64,000 bases of DNA from assembly GCA_951406725.2 (NCBI GenBank), contig OX597822.1, forward strand, positions 25,296,001-25,360,000, in the 5' to 3' direction. Of this stretch, positions 1 to 12,154 are shown piece by piece. Position 1 is the stretch's first letter. Every line of letters starts with the position of its first letter. The notes beneath the pieces are model-generated. The model made no database searches. It worked only from the letters and a program-made list of their open reading frames with translations, and had not been told where the DNA came from. The stretch is from Octopus vulgaris (lineage: Eukaryota). The translations under genes and the position numbers were made by a program.

Positions 1-351
1 TGTCATATCTTCACTCGTCCACATATCTTCACTCGTCAACATGTCTCCAGTCGTCAAAAATAATCTAGTGACAAACCAATGCCTTCATCTCCTTTACTCT
101 CTTTGTTTATTCTGCCATTAGTACAGGCGCAAATTTAACCGACTTGAAAAAGATAAAATGCTTATAAAACACTCAGAGAGGTTAATGCATATTTTAAAGG
201 GACACAACTCAACACTGTTACTCATTTTATCCAACACTCACAACTGTACTTGTAATAGTATAACATTTATATGCTATATTCTCTCTTTTACTTCTCTTAG
301 CCATTTACTTGCGGCCGTGCTGAGCCACCGCCATGAAGGGTTTAGTCATAA

Positions 352-419
<68 letters not shown>

Positions 420-483
420 GCATATATTTATACACACACACACACATATATATATAAATGTGTGTGTGTGTGCGCGCGTGTAT

Positions 484-848
484 GGACGCGCAATGGCCCA
501 GTGGTTAGGGCAGCCGATTCGCGGTTGTAGGATCGAGGTTTCGATTCTCAGACCGGACGTTGTGAATGTTTATTGAGCTCCACGAGGCACCAGCAGCGGG
601 TGGTGGCGAACCCAGCTGTATTCTTTCACCACAACTTTCTCTCACTCTTTCTTCCTGTTTCTGTTCTACATGTATTTCCAAGGGCCGGCCTTGTCACACT
701 CTGTGTCACGCTGAATCTCCCCGTGAACTACGTTAAGGATACACGTGTCTGTGGAGTGCTCAGCCACTTGCACGTTAATTTCGCTGGCAGGTTGTTCCGC
801 TGATCGGTACACATTGAACCCTCGTCGTCGTAAACGACGGAATGCCAC
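484..848 (+). mobile_element. tRNA-derived SINE, family B (GGAGGCGCAATGGCCCAGTGG head)
   Basis: A-box TGGCCCAGTGG and B-box-like GTTTCGATTC. Near-identical copy at 26042-26425. Confidence 0.8.
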
Positions 849-870
849 TATTTATTTATATATATAAAAA

Positions 871-1033
871 GGCACAGGAGTGGCTGTGTGGTAAGTAGCT
901 TGCTTACGAACCACATGATTCCGGGTTCATTCCTGCTGCGTGGCACCTTGGGCAAGTGTCTTCTACTCTAGCCTCAGGGGCCGACCAAACCTTTGTGAGT
1001 AGATTTGGTAGACAGAAACTGAGAGAAGGCCGT

Positions 1034-1068
<35 letters not shown>

Positions 1069-1081
1069 ATGTGTGTGTGTA

Positions 1082-1128
<47 letters not shown>

Positions 1129-1332
1129 TTATCTGTCTGTGTTTGTCCCCGCCCCAACATCGCTTGACAACCGATGGTGGTGTATTTACATCCCCGTAAC
1201 TTAGCGGTTCGGCAAAAGAGACCGTTAGAATATGTACTAGGCTTACAAAGAATAATTCCTGGAGTCGATTTGCTCGACTAAAGGCGGTACCCCAGCATGG
1301 CCGCAGTCAAATAACTGAAACAAGTAAAAGAG
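871..1332 (+). mobile_element. tRNA-derived SINE, family A (GGCGCAGGAGTGGCTGTGTGG head, internal TA/TG microsatellite)
   Basis: A/B-box-like head and conserved ...CTGAAACAAGTAAAAGA tail; repeated many times in the window. Confidence 0.8.
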
Positions 1333-1346
1333 TATATATATGTATG

Positions 1347-1401
1347 TAACAAAACTGTCCGACGAACGGGGACGTGAAACTCTGAGTAACAGGTTTTGTT
1401 A
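1347..1401 (+). ncRNA. Minimal type I hammerhead-like motif (variant core CCGACGA)
   Basis: taacaaaactgt-CCGACGA-acg ggga cgt-GAAA-ctctgag-TA-acaggttttgtta. Stems I and II and a near-palindromic stem III are present; core has U4->C. Confidence 0.55.
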
Positions 1402-1998
1402 TATTTCTGCTGCATTTAAATAATTATATATATATATAATATAAAATCTGTAAAGGCAATTTGAAACATCGTAAAATCCCCCACAAAAAATAAAAAATGA
1501 AAAAAACCCCGAAAAAACAAGGTAGATTACTCTTAAAGCCAGACTACTAAATTATTTCCCTTACATTCATTATCACTTCTAAAAGCGGCATCCATTTGTC
1601 GTTGACTTAGATTTCGTTTCTTTTACATTCAAAAATATAAATTAATTTTTTATTGTATTTTATTTTTCACACAGTATTTTCTAACATACACAATTGTTGC
1701 AATTTCGTAATTTCATGACTAATTATTTTTGATTTGTAACGATTTTTCCTGGAATGGTGGTTTAGGACGATAGTCTTATTTCTTATATACTATATTACTT
1801 TTATATATAAAGATAAGCCCACGTGGGACACTCCACATGGTCATTCTATCTCCTAGAAATAGTAGCCGAATCTATCTCAATTAGCACTCATACTGTCATC
1901 AGAATAGGGGTATTGCACTCGGAAATATGATCCAAGATAAGCTAGAAATATGCACACCCACACATATAAATACATACACACACACACACACACATATA

Positions 1999-2165
1999 GG
2001 CGCACGAGTGGCTATATGGTAAGTAGCTTGCTTACCAACCACATGGTTCTGGGTTCAGTCCCACTGTATGGCACCATGGGCAAGTGTTTTCTGCTATAGC
2101 CTCGGGCCGACTAAAGCATTGTGAGTGGATTTGGTAGACGGAAACTGAAAGAAGCCCGTCGTGTG

Positions 2166-2206
<41 letters not shown>

Positions 2207-2450
2207 TCGTGTGTGTGTGTTTGTGTGTGTGTGTCTGTGTCTGTGTGTGTGTGTTTGTGTGTCTGTGTTTGTCCCTACCATTATATCTTGACAACCGATG
2301 GTGGTGTGTTTACGTCCCCGTAACTGAGCGGTTCGGCAAAAGGGACTGATACAATAAGTACTAGGCTTACAAAGAATAAGTCGATTTGTTCGATTAAAAA
2401 AGCGGTGCTCCATCATGCCCGCAGTCAAATGACTGAAACAAATAAAAGAA
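1999..2450 (+). mobile_element. SINE family A copy
   Basis: Colinear with 871-1332. An inverted partial copy follows at about 2465-2590. Confidence 0.8.
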
Positions 2451-2845
2451 TATATATACATAAGACGAGCTTCTATCAGTTTCCGACAACCAAATCCACT
2501 CGCAAGGCTTTGTTCAGGCCGAGGCTATCGAAAAAGACGCTTCCACAAGGTTTCACGTAGTGGGACTTAACCTGAAACCATGTGGTTGAATAGAAAATTT
2601 CTTACCACCTAGCGGCACCTGAGAATGGGTTCATATATGCGTGTGTGTAAATGTGTGTGTGTGTATGTGCGCGCATTTTTGCGTGTGTGTACGCACGCAC
2701 GCATGCACGCACACACACGCACACATGTACACACACACGTACATTTGTGTCTTGTGTGTATACCTATATATATATGTATATATATATAATCAAATGAATA
2801 AAAACGCACGATAGATATGTGTCAGCACATTACAACTGTTTCTTA

Positions 2846-3076
2846 TTTCTTTATTGCCCACAAGGGGCTAAACATAGAGGGGACAAACAAGGACAGACAA
2901 ACGGATCAAGTCGATTATATCGACTCCAGTGCGTAACTGGTACTTATTTAATCGACCCCGAAAGGATGAAAGGCCATGTCGACCTCGGCGAAATTTGAAC
3001 TCAGAACGTAACGGCAGACGAAATACGGCTACGCATGTCGCCCGGCGTGCTAACGTTTCTGCCAGCTCGCCGCCTT
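2846..3076 (-). mobile_element. SINE family C (GGCGGCGAGCTGGCAGAA head) with 17-bp target-site duplication
   Basis: tRNA-like head with B-box GAGTTCAAAT. TSD ATTACAACTGTTTCTTA at 2829-2845 and 3077-3093. Confidence 0.88.
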
Positions 3077-3162
3077 ATTACAACTGTTTCTTACCTAACT
3101 TTTAATGAAGCATAAGAACATAACATCATCATAAAAGACCGTAGTCATCAGCTGATAACGTT

Positions 3163-3245
3163 CTCATCTGATGACTACGGTCTTTTATAATGATGTTATG
3201 TTCTTATGCTTCATTAAAAGTTAGGTAAGAAACAGCTGTAATGAG
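3163..3245 (+). ncRNA. Type I hammerhead ribozyme (Penelope/retrozyme-like)
   Basis: ctcat-CTGATGA-[long stem II including ttttataatga/tcattaaaag]-GAAA-cagctg-TA-atgag. Canonical core, 5-bp stem I, palindromic stem III ACAGCTGT. Confidence 0.75.
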
Positions 3246-3506
3246 CTGACTTTTATCCACCAAGGGAATTTACGACTTGTCGGCCACCCTAAAGAATACC
3301 AAAAACGTACTTCTCAGAGTAACGCGTAACGTGGACAAAACCCTTAGGCAGTAAATAGTCATTGGGTTGGTTTTCTCTATGTACAAAACCGAAATACCCT
3401 ATCCGATATCTCGACAGATAAATTGTACTCTTTATTCTTCTATCTACTATTTTATTCCTTTATAAACTGTGAATTCTATGTCTTGAACTTGTTTACATAT
3501 TCACTT

Positions 3507-3583
3507 TGTCTATGATGACGGAACAGCCTGTGTATGGAGATGCTAACCTATCACTTACGATTCCCAGAAACAGCTGTAAGACA
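3507..3583 (+). ncRNA. Second hammerhead-like motif (core C3->A)
   Basis: tgtct-ATGATGA-c ggaa...ttcc ca-GAAA-cagctg-TA-agaca. Same stem III palindrome as 3163-3245 but different stems I and II. Confidence 0.55.
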
Positions 3584-3888
3584 TCCAATAATTAATTACT
3601 TAAAACTCCCCTGACCAATCAAATACTCTAAATGATTTGAGATACTCATCCTGCTATGGTTTTTGTTGTACTTTTTCCTCTAATATAGATCTGCTAACTC
3701 GGAAGCCTACAACGGATCCCTAGTTCTAATCTAACTGTGAATCTGAACCGTAACGGATGACCAATTATAACACTTACACAGAGTACCTATTCGTTTAGAT
3801 CACCAGTGAACTGAACCCCTCATATTCTTTATGTACACACACACACACACACATACACACACATACACACACATACACAAACACACAC

Positions 3889-3946
<58 letters not shown>

Positions 3947-4101
3947 TGCTAGCGCGCGCGTGTGTATGTGTATGTGTACATGTGTATTTTCTTCAGTAGG
4001 ACCATAGGTACCAGTTGAATAGTCTTCAGACTTTTGGTTACCTGCTTTACGTATTCTCCGAAATATCTAAACTGGAGCATGAAACTCCCACGCACATTAC
4101 A

Positions 4102-4182
<81 letters not shown>

Positions 4183-4364
4183 TATGAAACACGAGAGCAT
4201 TTGGTCACCGTGTTCTGTGTGTCTCTCTCTCACTCGGCATGGATACAAACAGATAAGGGACTGCTCGTCGCATATCTAATCACGCCAACTCGCAAAACGG
4301 TAAACACAGATAGTGCTTAGTTTAGTCTTTGTGTCCTCTTCACCCTTATCCACCTCTTACTTTT

Positions 4365-4576
4365 CGTCGTCATTGTCGTCCTTGGCGTCATCATCATCGT
4401 CGTCATCATTGTCGTCGTCGTCCATCGTTGTCCTCGGCGCGGCCACCACCAGCACCATCACCACTGCTGCCTCCGGTATCACTTCACCCAATCATCATCA
4501 TCATCATCATCGTCGTCGTCACCACCACCAGCACCACCAGCACCACCAGCACCAGCACCAGCACCAGCACCAGCAC

Positions 4577-4628
<52 letters not shown>

Positions 4629-4645
4629 GTCATCATCATCGTCAC
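4365..4645. repeat. (CAT)/(CAC)/(CGT) compound trinucleotide microsatellite
   Basis: Direct reading of the sequence. Confidence 0.85.
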
Positions 4646-5094
4646 TTTCTATAAGTAGCTTGGCCCTTGAGTAATCTCTTCTTTTAGATTAGGAATTATG
4701 ACTGCTTCCGTAATTCTTTTGGTCTTGTAGTTATACCGGAACTGCATGGGGAACTAAATGCTTTGAGACATAGATCGCTGCAATGTCGACATTGCTTTCA
4801 AGCCAAAGTTACCTTAGATGCCATAAATGTGAAGATACCGTTTTATATACATCGTCCTCTATCCAAACATTAACGACATACGTTGTTACGTTGTATAACT
4901 ATAGCGATTGAAGGAAGAACAAGTCCAGCAGTCAATCGAGTACCCTCAGAACACGGCCCCACCGCACCTTCCTTTTTCTTGCGGCTAATGTAAAAGAGAT
5001 AATGTGGATGACACGATTAAGGGAATTGAGGGCATACTTTTCTCTCTTCTTTTGTATCAAGATTTTCAAGTACAATTGTTTTGTTTACTGTGCT

Positions 5095-5488
5095 GAAGAC
5101 TGGTATTGTATTTTTATCGAACCCAAAAGGATAAAGAGAAAAATTTGACCTCAGCGGTATTCGAACTTAGAACGTAAAGGGCAACAAGAAATACCGCTAC
5201 GTATTTTGTTCGATACGCTAACGATTCTGCCAGCTCGTCGTTTCGACCATGATGATGATATTGATATTAACCCTTTCTACTATAGGTACGAAGCTCGGAT
5301 TTTTGGGTGGAGTGGGCTAGTCGATTATATCGACACAAGTGATCGACTGGTACTCATTCCATTGTACCCGAAAGATGAAAATGTACAGTCGACCACAACA
5401 TTTTAAAAAAACTTCTAACGTAAAGAGCTGGAAGAAAGTTCACTAAGCATTTTGTCCAACGTACCAACGATTCTATCAGCTCATCCCC

Positions 5489-5582
<94 letters not shown>

Positions 5583-5797
5583 TAATAATAATAATGATAA
5601 TAAACGTTTCTACTATAGGCACAAGGCCTGAAATTTGGGGAGAAGGGGCAAGTCGATTACATCGACCCCAGTACTCAACTGGTACTTAATTTATCGATTC
5701 CGAAAGGATGAAAGGCAAAGTCGACATCGGTGGAATTTGAACTCAGAACGTAGCAGCAGACGAAATACCTATTTCTTTATTACCCACAAGGGGCTAG
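5095..5797 (-). mobile_element. Cluster of three degraded SINE family C copies around a (TAA)n tract
   Basis: Repeated CCGAAAGGATGAAAGGCAAAGTCGAC...GAATTTGAACTCAGAACGT motifs. Confidence 0.65.
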
Positions 5798-6721
5798 ACA
5801 CGCTGCTGTTTAATGGGAACGTTAAAATATACAAACACTCATCTGCATCTGTGAGACTCTAGAGACCCCTGTGTACAAACCTTTCCTCGAAAATAAAGCA
5901 GTACATTGAAAGAGTGTCCATCACTGAAGAGACTAAATCAAGCTGAAACATGGGAGACTGACGGTCTGCTGACATCATTATGAAAGAGCTGTGTTTCTAA
6001 CACACAAGAATTTTAAAGAGAAGTCACTTTTATACTAGATACTACAGCTCGCATCGTCCTACATTAGTTAATTAAAAAAGTATTTTAAAATCCCTCTAGA
6101 GACAAACTATATTTCAAATTTATTCAGCGTTGTTGGCATATGCTCAGTATTGTAAATAAACAACTGAAACCCCACTAACATTGACCCTTTTCTGTAGTGA
6201 CAGTAGAAGCTTTTGCTGTTGTTGTTGCCTTTATCGTAGTTCTTGTTGTTGGCCCTGTTCTTTAAACCCAAAGCCCATATCAAGCTTGTCGGTCTAACGT
6301 ATAGTCAAACGGCGTTACCGTCGAAACCAGTCACCCTTATTGTTTTTAGACACAGTCTATCTAGGAGTGCTTTATCTAATGTATCATCCTACTTTGTCTA
6401 ACGATATTAGATGTAGAGTGTGATTTGAAGTTGATTTAGGCAACTGTTTCTTGAAAACCGAGCGAGCAACAACGGCGGTAGTAGCAGTATTAGTAGCAGT
6501 GTTAGTAATTCTTGTCAGATGTCATTTTCTCAGACGGAACAACCTCCGCACTCTATCACCAATAAATAAATGAATAAATAATAAATATTTCTCAGAAACA
6601 CGAATTAACAGATAAAAAATAAAAAATAAAAAAAATGTACTTTAAAAAGCAGCAGCAGTTATTAGATTACCATATCTGCTATATACGTGTATGTATATGT
6701 ATATACTCACGTATGTATGTG

Positions 6722-6753
<32 letters not shown>

Positions 6754-7019
6754 TGTATGTATGTATGTATGTATGTATGTATGTATGTATGTATGTATGT
6801 GTGTATGTATGTATGTATGTATGTATGTATGTATGTGTAAAACATTTAGCAATTAACTACACCTGCGCATAATACATAATCATACATAATACATAATCAT
6901 TCAGTAAATAATATTTAAGATATTTTTACATTTTTTTTATCTCCAAAATTCTCAAGACATCAGGCTATCAATCTGATTGCATTAGTTTCAAGGTCTATGA
7001 TTTCTTGTGTATCTTTTCT

Positions 7020-7058
7020 TATATAAAAACCGTACGTTTCTGGTTGATTCCGTCAGTT
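7020..7058 (+). promoter_or_regulatory. Putative core promoter of the VWA gene (TATA box plus Inr)
   Basis: TATAAAA at 7022-7028 and an Inr-like TCAGTT at 7053-7058, about 30 bp apart; the ATG of exon 1 is at 7083. Confidence 0.5.
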
Positions 7059-7082
7059 GAGTTGAGGTGTTCAGGTTTAAAC

Positions 7083-7176
7083 ATGAGGATTTCAACACTA
7101 TTGCTTAATATTATTGGAGTGGTCATTTTGACCGTCCAGTATGGAAGTTCAGTCCCGACTACAGTATCAGTCCAAG
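7083..7176 (+). CDS. Triple-VWA secreted protein, coding exon 1 (signal peptide)
   Basis: MRISTLLLNIIGVVILTVQYGSSVPTTVSVQ has a basic N-terminus, hydrophobic core and small-residue cleavage region. It ends CAAG|GTAAAG (phase 1) and joins exon 2 in frame (G+AC = Asp). Confidence 0.8.
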
Positions 7177-7513
7177 GTAAAGCAATCTAATTTATACATA
7201 CATACTTACATACATCCATCCATACATACATACATGCATACATAGGTATATATGTACTTATATTCTTAGAGAATTAGTGTCATTGTTTTTAATAATTGAT
7301 CAGTATTATAACTATTAAAAATATATAAATCGCAAGTATACAAATTAAACAATTGTTTTATTTATTTAATTTCAATTTGATAAATCCACTTCGAAATGTT
7401 GACTAAGTTGAAGGCGAGTGGATATATTTGTGACTGAAGCTGAAATTTTCGGCTAATCTAAGACATTTTCTCAATATTGTCCAATTATATTATGGGTAAC
7501 ATGTGAGCCGTGT

Positions 7514-7797
7514 GAAGGCACATGGCCTAGTGGTAAGAGCAGCGGACTCGCGATCGAGGGATCGCGGGTTCGAATCTCAGACCGGGCGATGTGTGTGTTT
7601 ATGAGCGAGACACCTCTGGCAGAAGGTGATGGCGAACCTCTGCTGACTCTTTCGCCAGAAATTTCTCTTACTCTTTCCTCCTGCATCTTGCAGCTCATCT
7701 GCGACAGACCGGCCTCCCGTCCAGGTGGGGAACCTATACGCCAAGGAAACCGGAAAACCGGCCCCTATGAGCCAGGCGTGGTTCGGGAAGGAACAAA
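7514..7797 (+). mobile_element. SINE family B variant with a different 3' tail
   Basis: A-box TGGCCTAGTGG, B-box GGTTCGAATC. Central part shared with 484-848; tail shared with 19119-19375. A SINE C fragment follows at about 7810-8000. Confidence 0.75.
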
Positions 7798-8013
7798 CTA
7801 TAACAGTTATCGTTAGCACGGTGGACGAAATGCTTAGCGGAATTTCACCCGTTGCTACGTTCTGAGTTCAAAGTCCGCCGAGGTCGACTTTGCCTTTCAT
7901 CCTTCGGAATCGATAAATTAAGTATCAGTGAAACACTGGGTCGATATAATCAATAGTCCCCTCCGCCATAATTTCAGGCTTTGTACCTATAGTAGAAAGG
8001 ATTGTTGTTGTTG

Positions 8014-8059
<46 letters not shown>

Positions 8060-8102
8060 GATCATCATCATCATAATTATTATTATCATTATTATAATTA
8101 TT

Positions 8103-8577
8103 GAGTGAGAGAGCAGTGCATGACATCAAAGTAACACGAAGCCCAGTATACTCATCATAACTACCCGTCTGATAAGGGTGCACCAGGTACATGCATCACA
8201 ACTATATGTGCGCAACATGGTGATCTCATATCAAAATAAACAGCGCATGACTTTGCAGGTGGGGACCTAGTTAGAATTTCCTCAAGCCGAGTAGCCCGTC
8301 CCACTCAAAAGGTCCCTGAATAAGGTTTGTTTAAGGATGATGGACGAAAAACTTATTTTTCCAGAAGTGAATTATTCAAACTTCAAAGAATTCCCCTCAA
8401 CATATGGTTATAATGTTCCCTCACTGCTTCTGCCCACGATCAAGGATACACATATCATCAGCCACTAAGGAACATGTTCAACTGGTTAACATCAAACAAC
8501 TGAACTGGTTAAGATCAAACAACTGACAAACAAATCTGTTGTTTTGAGCAGAATATTTGCTGTAGCCCATCTTTTAT
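8103..8577 (-). mobile_element. Diverged copy of the ~554-bp (TAA)n-associated non-coding element
   Basis: Reverse complement of about 12241-12708; its 3' end runs into (TAA)n. Confidence 0.8.
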
Positions 8578-10347
8578 CTTTAAGTTTCTCCATTTCTTTT
8601 AGAGAAACGTTGTCATCTGCTGGTATTGATACATCAATTAGAAAGCCTTTTTTTCTTCATAATCTCTGGCAACTATATCTGGCCTATTGGCCTTAATTTC
8701 TCTATTTGTGTGTACTGGCATATCCTAGAGTATGGATGCGTTTTCATTTTCTGTGACCTTTTCTGGTGTGTGCTTATACCATTTTTTTCTGTTATTATTC
8801 CATGGTGTTGGCATAGCTTTCAGTGTATGTAGGTCCCACCTCTGTCGTGTCTGTGAATATTCCTTCTTAACCAGGACTGGGCAGCCAGAGATAACATGAT
8901 TTATTGTTTCTTGTCCATCTCCACATATTCTGCAGTTACTTGTTTTGTTTCTTTTCATTATATGCTTTTGGTAATTTCTGGTGTTGGAGGCTGCAATTAA
9001 AAATCATTCAGTCTCTGCTTTGAGTCCTGAACTTCTCAACCATTGCAGGGATTTTTCTTTATTTCTTTTGCATTTAGCTTAGTCCAGTATTTGCCATGAA
9101 GGGGCTTTTCTTGCCATAGTTTTATCATGGTTCGTTGCTGTTCGAGTTTTAGTTTGGATTTCATTTGTTTTTTTGAATTTTGTTGTTTCTTCTTCATATT
9201 TGTTAGGTAGTATGACTTCTTGTTTGTATTTGTCAGCTTTATGCTATTTATTATTGATGTTGTTTTATTGTCTATTTTGATTTTTGGGAGGTATAATTGG
9301 TGGTCCATTCTGAGATCTGTGGTTTTCAGTTCTTTGATTATGCTCATTTTTATAGTATCATAATCATTAGGTTCCCATTCACTGTTTCCAGGTTTTAGAT
9401 TTGTTTCGCCTTCCTTCTCATTCATATATTTGTCTGTGGTGTTCTGGATTGGTGCTTTTTGCACGTTATTATACATCCCTACGGTCTGGGTTTGTTGTCT
9501 TTTGTTGTTTACTTCACTTTTGGTGGAAATGTTACGTCTGTCCTCGTGTTTTACTATCTCAGTGTTTATATTATTTGGCATTGTTGTGTGGCTTCTATCA
9601 ACATTCTATTTCTATTTCTGATATTTTTTTGCGTTGAGAATATATCTTCGTATGTTAGCTAGTTTATTAGGGTTCATTGCTGTATCCAAGTCTTTATTTA
9701 GGTTATTTTTCTTCCATATTTTATTTGTATATGTTTTTGTGTTTTCGTTCTTTGGGTAGAGCACTGCTGTAAAGTAAGCGTGTAGGATTGAAATATATTC
9801 CTCACGTGTCCATTTATGCCTTTATTGGTTTTATTTGCGGGACATGAGGAACAACGTCCGGTCCTTTATTTTGACGGTCATCATTTTCGTAGGGTATCGG
9901 TCCGTTCATTTCTGTTGTCAAATTGTTTTGCACGGGTAGTTTTTCGTACTTTTTGTGTAACAAGTTTAAAGTATGCACTTCCCGATTATTATTCTTGAGT
10001 TGAATAATACCGGTATAATTTAATTTATTGGTATTTTTTTGTCCATGGTGTTTGGAGCCGGAGATGGTCTGGTGTTGATGGATCGTAATGTATCAAGCGT
10101 GTTTACATCTTCTGTGCGAGCAGTGGAGATGATATCCAGTTAAAATACATCATTTCATTTGGAAAATTGTAATAAATTTCAATGAGTATTACTTACTCGG
10201 ATATAGTGCAACCCTTTGACAGCTATTTTTTGGCTCCATTCGATGTCTTTATTTCCGATGTTTTTGGATAGATTTCGGAGCAGTGTTTTATCGCTCTCAC
10301 ATGTTGAACGTCCCCAGAGTCTGTTCTGTTAAACGTACCCGGTGGCC
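8578..10347 (-). mobile_element. Internally deleted R4/Dong-type non-LTR retrotransposon (lineage A)
   Basis: Starts after (TAA)n. N-terminal RHKWTREEYISILHAY...LANIRRYI (about 9630-9820); RT absent; then WQEKPLHGKY and the CCHC motif CRICGDGQETINHVISGC leading into the RLE region; frameshifted. Confidence 0.8.
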
Positions 10348-10438
<91 letters not shown>

Positions 10439-10477
10439 TATCATTATTACTATTGTTGTTATTGTTATTATTACTAA

Positions 10478-10589
<112 letters not shown>

Positions 10590-10601
10590 GTTATTTTGTA
10601 G

Positions 10602-10831
10602 ACTGTGGAACCACAAAAGTTGACATGATGTTTCTGGTGGACGCTTCTTCCAGTATGTCACAAGCAGAGTTTCAGAAAGAATTGAACTTTGTGAAACAGA
10701 TTGTCAGTGACTCAGTTGTTGGCCCCGATAACGTTCAAGTGAGCTTAGTCACTTTTAGTACTCATGTGCACAAAGAATTCGGCTTAAAGCACTACAAGAC
10801 GAAAGCCGACGTTCTGGCCGCAATTAGCAAG
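10602..10831 (+). CDS. Triple-VWA secreted protein, exon 2 (VWA1 N-terminal half)
   Basis: Acceptor ttttgtag|. Translates (D)CGTTKVDMMFLVDASSS...VQVSLVTFS...VLAAISK, with MIDAS DxSxS. Donor AAG|GTATAT, phase 0. Confidence 0.9.
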
Positions 10832-11340
10832 GTATATATGGCACTGGTTTCCATTTATATTCCAATTATTTTACTTTTTATCTTAATGGCTTAGTGAGAA
10901 ATGGCGCACGTCACGTCCATAAACTTTAAAGGACTTACAAAATTGGTTATAGACTCAAGGTAGAAGTAGATATATCCACGGAACTTGCAGCTCCCACAAG
11001 ATTGGTATCGCGGCAAGAGAGAAGGCACCTTCAGTAGTAGATATAATAACAAGCGATTAAGGACACTCGCCCACAATATTTGCAGAGCTTCTGACACTGC
11101 CTATAAGGGAAAAGTAAGGACATGTGCCTTCAGGACTTTTCAGCCGAGATGGGCTCCAGCATTTGGCTATTAGGACCAAATGAGTAAAGAAAGGCATCCA
11201 TGGTTTTTGCAGAATCTCTCAGATTGATTATGGACGCCTAGGAGAAAGACACCACAACGCGTATGTTGATATAATATTAAACATCATACCAGGATGTCAA
11301 ATTCACTAGGCTCGAGAAACTAAAATAATAATAAATAATG

Positions 11341-11380
<40 letters not shown>

Positions 11381-11529
11381 TAATAATAATAATGATAACA
11401 ATAATAATAAAAATAATAATAATGATAATAATGATAATAATAATAATAATAATAATAATGATAATAATAATGATAATAATAATGATAACAATATTAATAA
11501 TAATAATAATAATAATAATGATGATGACG

Positions 11530-11560
<31 letters not shown>

Positions 11561-11611
11561 TAATTTTTTTAATTATTTTATTTTATTTTTTTTTATTTAT
11601 TATTTTTTTTA

Positions 11612-11743
11612 TGTATTAGACATTCACTAGTACAACCCCCCCCCCCAAATATATGGCACAGAACTTCCAACCTGTTGTCTCTTGAGGTCTCTGGGTGAGA
11701 ATTGGAGCTAACTTGTACAGACATAAAGCAAAAGTCAAACATA

Positions 11744-11744
<1 letters not shown>
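11612..11744 (+). mobile_element. 3' UTR fragment of R4/Dong lineage B
   Basis: Matches 14757-14908 and 23947-24090 (minus strand); ends in (TAA)n. Confidence 0.75.
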
Positions 11745-11814
<70 letters not shown>

Positions 11815-11815
<1 letters not shown>

Positions 11816-12124
11816 GAGGGATTCTTTGGGGTTTGAATAATTCACCCCTGGAAACCTGGATGTTTCATTCAACATCCTTAAACAACACTTATTCAAGGAC
11901 CTTTTGAGCAGGATGGGTTACTCGACCAGAAGAAAATTCTAACTGGGCCCCACCTGCAAGGTCATGTGCTGTTTATCTTGATATGAGATCACCATGTCGT
12001 GCATATATGGTTGTGATGCATGTGCCTGGTGTACCCTTATCAGACGGGTAGTCATGATGGGTATACTGGGCTTCGTATATTTTACCCCAGTGTCACTTTG
12101 ATGGCATGAACTGCTCTCTCACTC
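11815..12124 (+). mobile_element. 5'-truncated copy of the ~554-bp element
   Basis: Matches the 3' half of 12155-12708; flanked by (TAA)n. Confidence 0.8.
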
Positions 12125-12154
12125 AATAATAATAATAATAATAATGATAATAAT

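Noticed and set aside
1-56. Three ~18-bp tandem repeats
   Set aside because: Truncated by the window edge and too short to interpret.
484-560. tRNA genes at SINE heads
   Set aside because: No complete cloverleaf; the heads continue into repeated SINE bodies.
5918-5965. CTGAAGA...GAAACATG hammerhead-like motif (similar weak case at about 51760-51815, minus strand)
   Set aside because: No UH site and poor stems. Possibly decayed copies, but not supportable.
158-6872. Numerous HT/YI/CV/MYVC/poly-N/I/Y ORFs here and across the window
   Set aside because: Di-, tri- and tetranucleotide microsatellite translations.
10200-10347. HDV-like ribozyme at the Dong element 5' end
   Set aside because: I could not find a P1 partner or the L3/P1.1 signature by eye.
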